A DNA stretch of 64,000 nt. It comes from Candidatus Bathyarchaeia archaeon. Lineage in GTDB: Archaea; Thermoproteota; Bathyarchaeia; Bathyarchaeales; Bathycorpusculaceae. Position numbers and translations under genes: made by a program. Under the pieces are notes generated by a model. That model had not been told where the DNA came from. It did not search any database and was given only the letters and a program-made list of their open reading frames with translations. Numbering within the stretch: the stretch's first letter is position 1; each line of letters opens with the position of its first letter. Location of the stretch: positions 111,025 to 175,024 of the forward strand of contig JBEKWR010000003.1 of assembly GCA_049512935.1 (NCBI GenBank). Direction: 5' to 3'. This document shows positions 59,735-64,000 of the stretch, piece by piece.

Positions 59735-61493
59735 ATGAGAAAGCAAACTACTTTTAAAAGAATAACTTGGGATAAAAAAAGCGTTAGCGCGATTATTGTT
59801 TTAGGTATTCTGCTTTTGGCAACATGTACAATCGCGTTCAAAGTTGAACTAATTTCAGCTGTAAGTCCAACGCCTGTACTTCTTGGAACGGCTTCTTATT
59901 TCTCTATTTTGGCCGGCTCCGGGATCACCAACACAGGTACGACCACAATTACTGCAGACGCGGGCACCTATCCCACTACCTCAGAGACAGGATTTAATAC
60001 TGTAACTTTTGTGGATGGAACTAACCACGCAGGCGATGCTGTCACACAGGGAGCCAAAGGTGACTTGTTAACTGCGTATAATGACGCCGCTGGACAAACA
60101 CCTATTACCGTGCCAACTGAACTCGGCGATACAACCCTGACGCCTGGCGTCTACAACTCCACATCTGGTACGTTTGATATAACCGGAACTCTCACCCTCA
60201 ATGGTGAAGGCAACCCCAATTCTATTTTCATCTTCCAGACAGCATCCACACTCATCACTGCAGCGGGTAGCGTCTCTACACCAGCTAGCGTTGTGAGCCT
60301 CATCAACGATACCCAGGCCTGCAACGTCTTTTGGGTAGTTGGCAGTTCAGCAACTATTGGTACATACTCTGTTTTCGCGGGAAACATTCTGGCTTATACA
60401 TCGATTACGGTGACTACTGGCGCTACGGTGAATGGCAGAGTGTTGGCACGCAATGGCGCGGTTACATTAGACAATGACACCATCTACACGGCAGATTATG
60501 ATAACATAGTTTTAGCTCCTGCATCTGCCACAAATCCCGTTGGCACCAACCATACCGTTACCGCAACGGTGGCTGGCACAGGAAATCCGCAGCCTGGTTT
60601 GAATATCACTTTTAATGTTGTTTCAGGTCCTAATACGGGAGCAACGGGTTCCAACATAACTGACAGCAAAGGGCAAGCATCATTCACCTATACGTCGAAC
60701 GGTTCACCAGGCACCGACCATATTACGGCAAGCTTCTTAAACGAGCAAAATGCGACAGTGACTTCAAACACAGTTACGAAAACCTGGACAACTCCGTCTC
60801 CAACTCCAACTCCAACACCTACACCAACTCCTTCGCCTTCGCCAACTCCAACGCCGACACCGACCCCAACGGCCACTCCAACTCCCACCCCAACTATAAC
60901 TCCTACACCAACGCCTACTGCAACACCTAAGCCTACTTGCACACCCAAACCGACATGTACGCCAAAACCTACGCCAACGCCCACTTGTACGCCAAAACCT
61001 ACCTGCACACCAAAGCCAACTTGCGCGCCAACTCCCACTTGCACACCTAAGCCTACTTGCACACCCAAACCGACATGTACGCCAAAACCTACGCCAACGC
61101 CCACTTGTACGCCAAAACCTACCTGCACACCAAAGCCAACTTGCGCACCAACCCCCACTCCCTCTCCCTGTTCAACCCAAGAAAAAGTACGAACCGACAT
61201 AATGAACTACATAAAAACATACCATTGTGAAATGGCACAGTATATGCAGGCTCTCTCTTGGACCGGCGGGTTAGTCAACACAGGCACGGTGGGAACAGCA
61301 ACCTACAAGTACCTAAGCAAACGGCTGGACAGTAATGATGACCTACCACATGGTTAATAACCCAGTGTACTCGGTGACCGTAACGTACGATAGGCAGGCT
61401 TCGTGTTTCACCCTTGAAAAAGTCATTGTGTATTGGCAGGGCACTTGGCAAAGCGGAGCAATCAGACAAACAACCTACAGATACACGCCGTAG
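59735..61493 (+). CDS. DUF3494 ice-binding-like + Ig-like (Big_1) + PT/CTPKPT repeat protein, with a probable single-base frameshift near 61320
   Basis: DUF3494 motifs; HTVTATV...[11 protein letters not shown]; uninterrupted ORF ends 61357; removing one A from agcAAAcggc extends it as NGWTVMMTY...WQGTWQ...YTP* to 61493. Confidence 0.8.
60790..61170 (+). repeat. Intragenic PT / CTPKPT tandem repeats with a 120-bp duplication
   Basis: 60923..61026 identical to 61043..61146. Confidence 0.9.
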
Positions 61494-61715
61494 CTTAAGC
61501 AGACAGCTGGCAATCTACCGTCCCCTTCTTTTTTATTGTGTGTTTAGCAATTTTAGGTGATTTTCCAAGCTTTAAAGGCAAACCTAACTATAACCAGTCA
61601 TCGCAACAGGATAAGATTCTGAAACTTTAATGTCGAGAAATCCCTCGAAAACGTGCTGTCTAAGCCACCGAAATCTTACGGAGCAATTACATCTCGCAGG
61701 GTATTCGCTTGTCTA

Positions 61716-61733
61716 TGTAGCCTCACAGTCACA
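61716..61733 (+). promoter_or_regulatory. Motif B
   Basis: TGTAGC-ctcaca-GTCACA-tagct-ATTAAT. Confidence 0.8.
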
Positions 61734-61787
61734 TAGCTATTAATCCCCTCGTCTGCTTATAGTTAAAAATAAAGTTGGTTGAATGTT

Positions 61788-62201
61788 ATGGCTGCTCCTG
61801 ATGATATAGCGAAAATTCTTGGTCCAAACGAGAAGGTAGAGTTATACATTAAGCAGAAAATCTACCATCCTCAGATTAATATTGACTCTGCAGTTTTTAC
61901 GAACGAACGCATGATTCTGCGGCATCCTCACGCGCTCGGTTTGAAAAAGAATTACACCGATTACAATTACCGAGACATAGCTAACGTGGTGTTGGAAAAA
62001 GGTGTACTGCGGTCAACTATCAAATGCACCCTCAGGCTGGGTGGAGAGCCTCTGGCGTTGGGCGACTTGCCTAACTCCGAAGCACAACAGGCATACGGAA
62101 TCATCCGAGAGAACATTGGCAAATTCCAAGCACCATTTTCAACAGGATATAATGATCCTAATCCGTCCAACACTCCAGATGCGGCTAAGACGCCAAAATA
62201 A
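61788..62201 (+). CDS. Bacterial-type PH-domain (bPH) protein
   Basis: ILGPNEKV...AVFTNERMIL...DYNYRDIANV...KG.L.STI. Confidence 0.75.
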   Translation: MAAPDDIAKILGPNEKVELYIKQKIYHPQINIDSAVFTNERMILRHPHALGLKKNYTDYNYRDIANVVLEKGVLRSTIKCTLRLGGEPLALGDLPNSEAQQAYGIIRENIGKFQAPFSTGYNDPNPSNTPDAAKTPK

Positions 62202-62282
62202 TCGCTTCGGTAATTCCGTTAAGTCTGGAAGGTTCATTCACCGCTTCCTTCTTTTAAGGACAACTTGTCAAAATCATGTTAC

Positions 62283-62300
62283 TGTGACCTCACAGCCACA
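62283..62300 (+). promoter_or_regulatory. Motif B
   Basis: gttac-TGTGAC-ctcaca-GCCACA-cagac-TTAAT. Confidence 0.8.
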
Positions 62301-62346
62301 CAGACTTAATTGTGCAATAACCGACCTTTAGTTAGAGGTGATATGA

Positions 62347-62484
62347 ATGGTTGACGAAAAGAAAAAAATTGAAAACGCCGCTGAGAAAACTGGAGAAGCA
62401 GTCGGCAAAGGAATCAAAAGAGGCGCTAAAGCCGTAGAAGACTTTGGGAAGGGCGTAAAGAAAGAACTCAAGAAAAAAGAATAA
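62347..62484 (+). CDS. 45-aa hydrophilic LEA/CsbD-like microprotein (not in the ORF track)
   Basis: GAGGTGA RBS; MVDEKKKIENAAEKTGEAVGKGIKRGAKAVEDFGKGVKKELKKKE; T-rich terminator after it. Confidence 0.7.
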   Translation: MVDEKKKIENAAEKTGEAVGKGIKRGAKAVEDFGKGVKKELKKKE

Positions 62485-62648
62485 GGGAGCAAAATCCCCC
62501 TTTCTTCGAAACAAAAAAGAAAAGTACTTGTTTTTATCTATGTGAATTCGCAGAGCAATGGTTAGCAAGAGTGTTCGGTGAAAAAGCTTAAGCATTAGAA
62601 CGTTATTGTTTATAGCGTGTTTTTGTAGCTAGGGAAGTGTAGGTTGTT

Positions 62649-62900
62649 ATGGGTTATTCAAGAAGGCAAGGTGGTAGTTACGAGGGAAGGCGGGGTCATG
62701 GCAAGGGGTCTAAACGTTGCCCTGTTATGGTAGGAGAAGAATTAGAAGTGGATATTGTGGAATTGAGCCCAAAAGAGGAAGGCATAGCTAGAGTTCAAGG
62801 ATTAGTGATACACGTTGCCGACACAAAGCCCAAAGATCACGTTAAGATAAAGATAACGCGGATTGGCGGCGCAACGGCAGAAGCAAAAGTCATAGAGTAG
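62649..62900 (+). CDS. Stand-alone TRAM-domain protein
   Basis: G/R-rich N-terminus; PV..GEE..V.I.......EGIARVQGLVI.V...K..D.VKIKI. Confidence 0.85.
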   Translation: MGYSRRQGGSYEGRRGHGKGSKRCPVMVGEELEVDIVELSPKEEGIARVQGLVIHVADTKPKDHVKIKITRIGGATAEAKVIE

Positions 62901-62977
62901 CACGCGCGCCTAAAAACGCGATTAAATTTTGAAAAAATCGACGTTAAGATTTGTGGCGAAATTTAAGGTTTCATTGT

Positions 62978-62995
62978 TGGTTGAGTACAGTCACA
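62978..62995 (+). promoter_or_regulatory. Motif B (degenerate left arm)
   Basis: TGGTTG-agtaca-GTCACA-tagtc-TTAAG. Confidence 0.6.
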
Positions 62996-63053
62996 TAGTC
63001 TTAAGTGTTTTTTCGCTTCTCCATACCTTTATTCTCGCCAGTTGGGGAGGTGA

Positions 63054-63215
63054 ATGTTTTTGTCTAAGAAAACCAGTCCTGAAAGCATGGAGCCCAAGAT
63101 GACTTCAGAAGGCAAATTCCAGTGCGAAGCTGACAACAGAACCTTCAATACACGAGAAGAGTACGACAGGCACTGCAGCGAATCTCACATGCGAAGCGGC
63201 AGCAAAGGATGGTAG
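63054..63215 (+). CDS. About 53-aa C2H2-like zinc-finger microprotein (not in the ORF track)
   Basis: GGAGGTGA RBS; ...GKFQCEADNRTFNTREEYDRHCSESH... Confidence 0.65.
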   Translation: MFLSKKTSPESMEPKMTSEGKFQCEADNRTFNTREEYDRHCSESHMRSGSKGW

Positions 63216-63344
63216 GCACCCAACAGGCGTGGCATGCTTTCCTCCTTTTTCGCTGCGAACCCGCGGAGAAAATTGCTTTGAAGCATGTTTTTTGCACGTT
63301 TACGGCGGGCGTCTGCGTCTGGGGAATGTTTATCTCGCTGTTAA

Positions 63345-63655
63345 AGAAATGTTTATATGGATTACATGCGCTTCTGTTAGAATTCAGCTATAATTGCTAG
63401 CCCCGCAATTTTCACATGGCGGCGGCTCAACCCGTACCGAAACGGCGATTGCCTTGCAGGGATGATGGGGTTGGCCTCCAGTTGCGGGGACACGTATGTA
63501 GACCTGACTAATTGCTCAGTTAGGTCTGAATTGGGCTTTGACGTATATGAGTGGAATGTTTTTCCCTCCAAATCCAGTTAGGCACAAGAATGCGAAAATA
63601 TTCGTACCACACAAAAAACATAGTAGTATCCGCAGAAACAACATGGAGTGTCACA
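63345..63655 (+). promoter_or_regulatory. rRNA operon promoter and 5' leader
   Basis: gaaatgTTTATA (BRE/TATA) at about 63346-63357; GC-rich structured leader before 16S. Confidence 0.55.
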
Positions 63656-64000
63656 ACTCCGGTTGATCCTGCCGGACCCCACTGCTATCGGGATAGGACT
63701 AAGACATGCTAGTCGAGTGCCTCAGCCAAAACGAGGCACGGCGCACAGCTCAGTAACACGTGGCTAACCTGCCCTTGGGATAGGAATACTCCCGGGAAAC
63801 TGGGGCTAATTCTCAATAGGCGAAGAACTCTGGAATGAGTCTTTACTTAAAAGACGCTGAGGTTATGCTCTTCGGTGTCGCCCAAGGATGGGGCCGCGAC
63901 CGATCAGGTTGTTGGTGAGGTAATGGCTCACCAAGCCTTTTACCGGTGCGGGCCGTGGGAGCGGGAGCCCGGAGATGGGCACTGAGACAAGGGCCCAGGC
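63656..64000 (+). rRNA. rrs: 16S rRNA, 5' part (truncated by the window edge)
   Basis: ACTCCGGTTGATCCTGCCGGA start; GCTCAGTAACACGTGG; GGGAAACTGGG; ACTGAGACAAGGGCCCAGG. Confidence 0.97.

Noticed and set aside
60688-61200. GV-repeat ORF on the minus strand (also 45797..46303 on +)
   Set aside because: Antisense shadows of P/T/S-rich linkers in real genes
1-64000. CRISPR array, cas genes, DGR or retron
   Set aside because: No regularly spaced 25-45 bp repeats with unique spacers and no reverse-transcriptase motif. The 62-bp repeat mismatches are not adenine-specific.

Overview
Archaeal chromosomal segment, most likely Bathyarchaeia. This assignment is inferred from the archaeal 16S 5' end, rpl14e-cbf5, PurP paralogues, HdrCB/MvhGA and a divergent EF-2 paralogue. 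Housekeeping blocks: two group-3 [NiFe]-hydrogenase large subunits, hdrC-hdrB-mvhG-mvhA, hycI, purE/purC/purP x2, an EF-2 paralogue with ogg, rpl14e-cbf5-methyltransferase and the start of the rRNA operon. Structures not explained by the ORF track: (1) a ~22-kb accessory block (41-63 kb) of general-stress-type genes, with about 11 promoters carrying an 18-bp box TGTGAC-N6-GTCACA about 5 bp upstream of the TATA box and a TrmB regulator in the middle; (2) an intron-containing tRNA-Leu(UAA) followed by three ~0.9-kb toxin-antitoxin cassettes, each bounded by a tRNA 3'-end fragment, with no integrase in the window; (3) a candidate ~300-nt structured ncRNA between two convergent boxed promoters; (4) a second 42-bp phased TTGAC array upstream of four surface-protein genes; (5) three ice-binding-like (DUF3494) proteins, a Panacea-like/PIN three-gene islet, a cassette flanked by a 62-bp duplicated gene end, and several unannotated small proteins. 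All family calls come from motif recognition by eye; no database searches were run.
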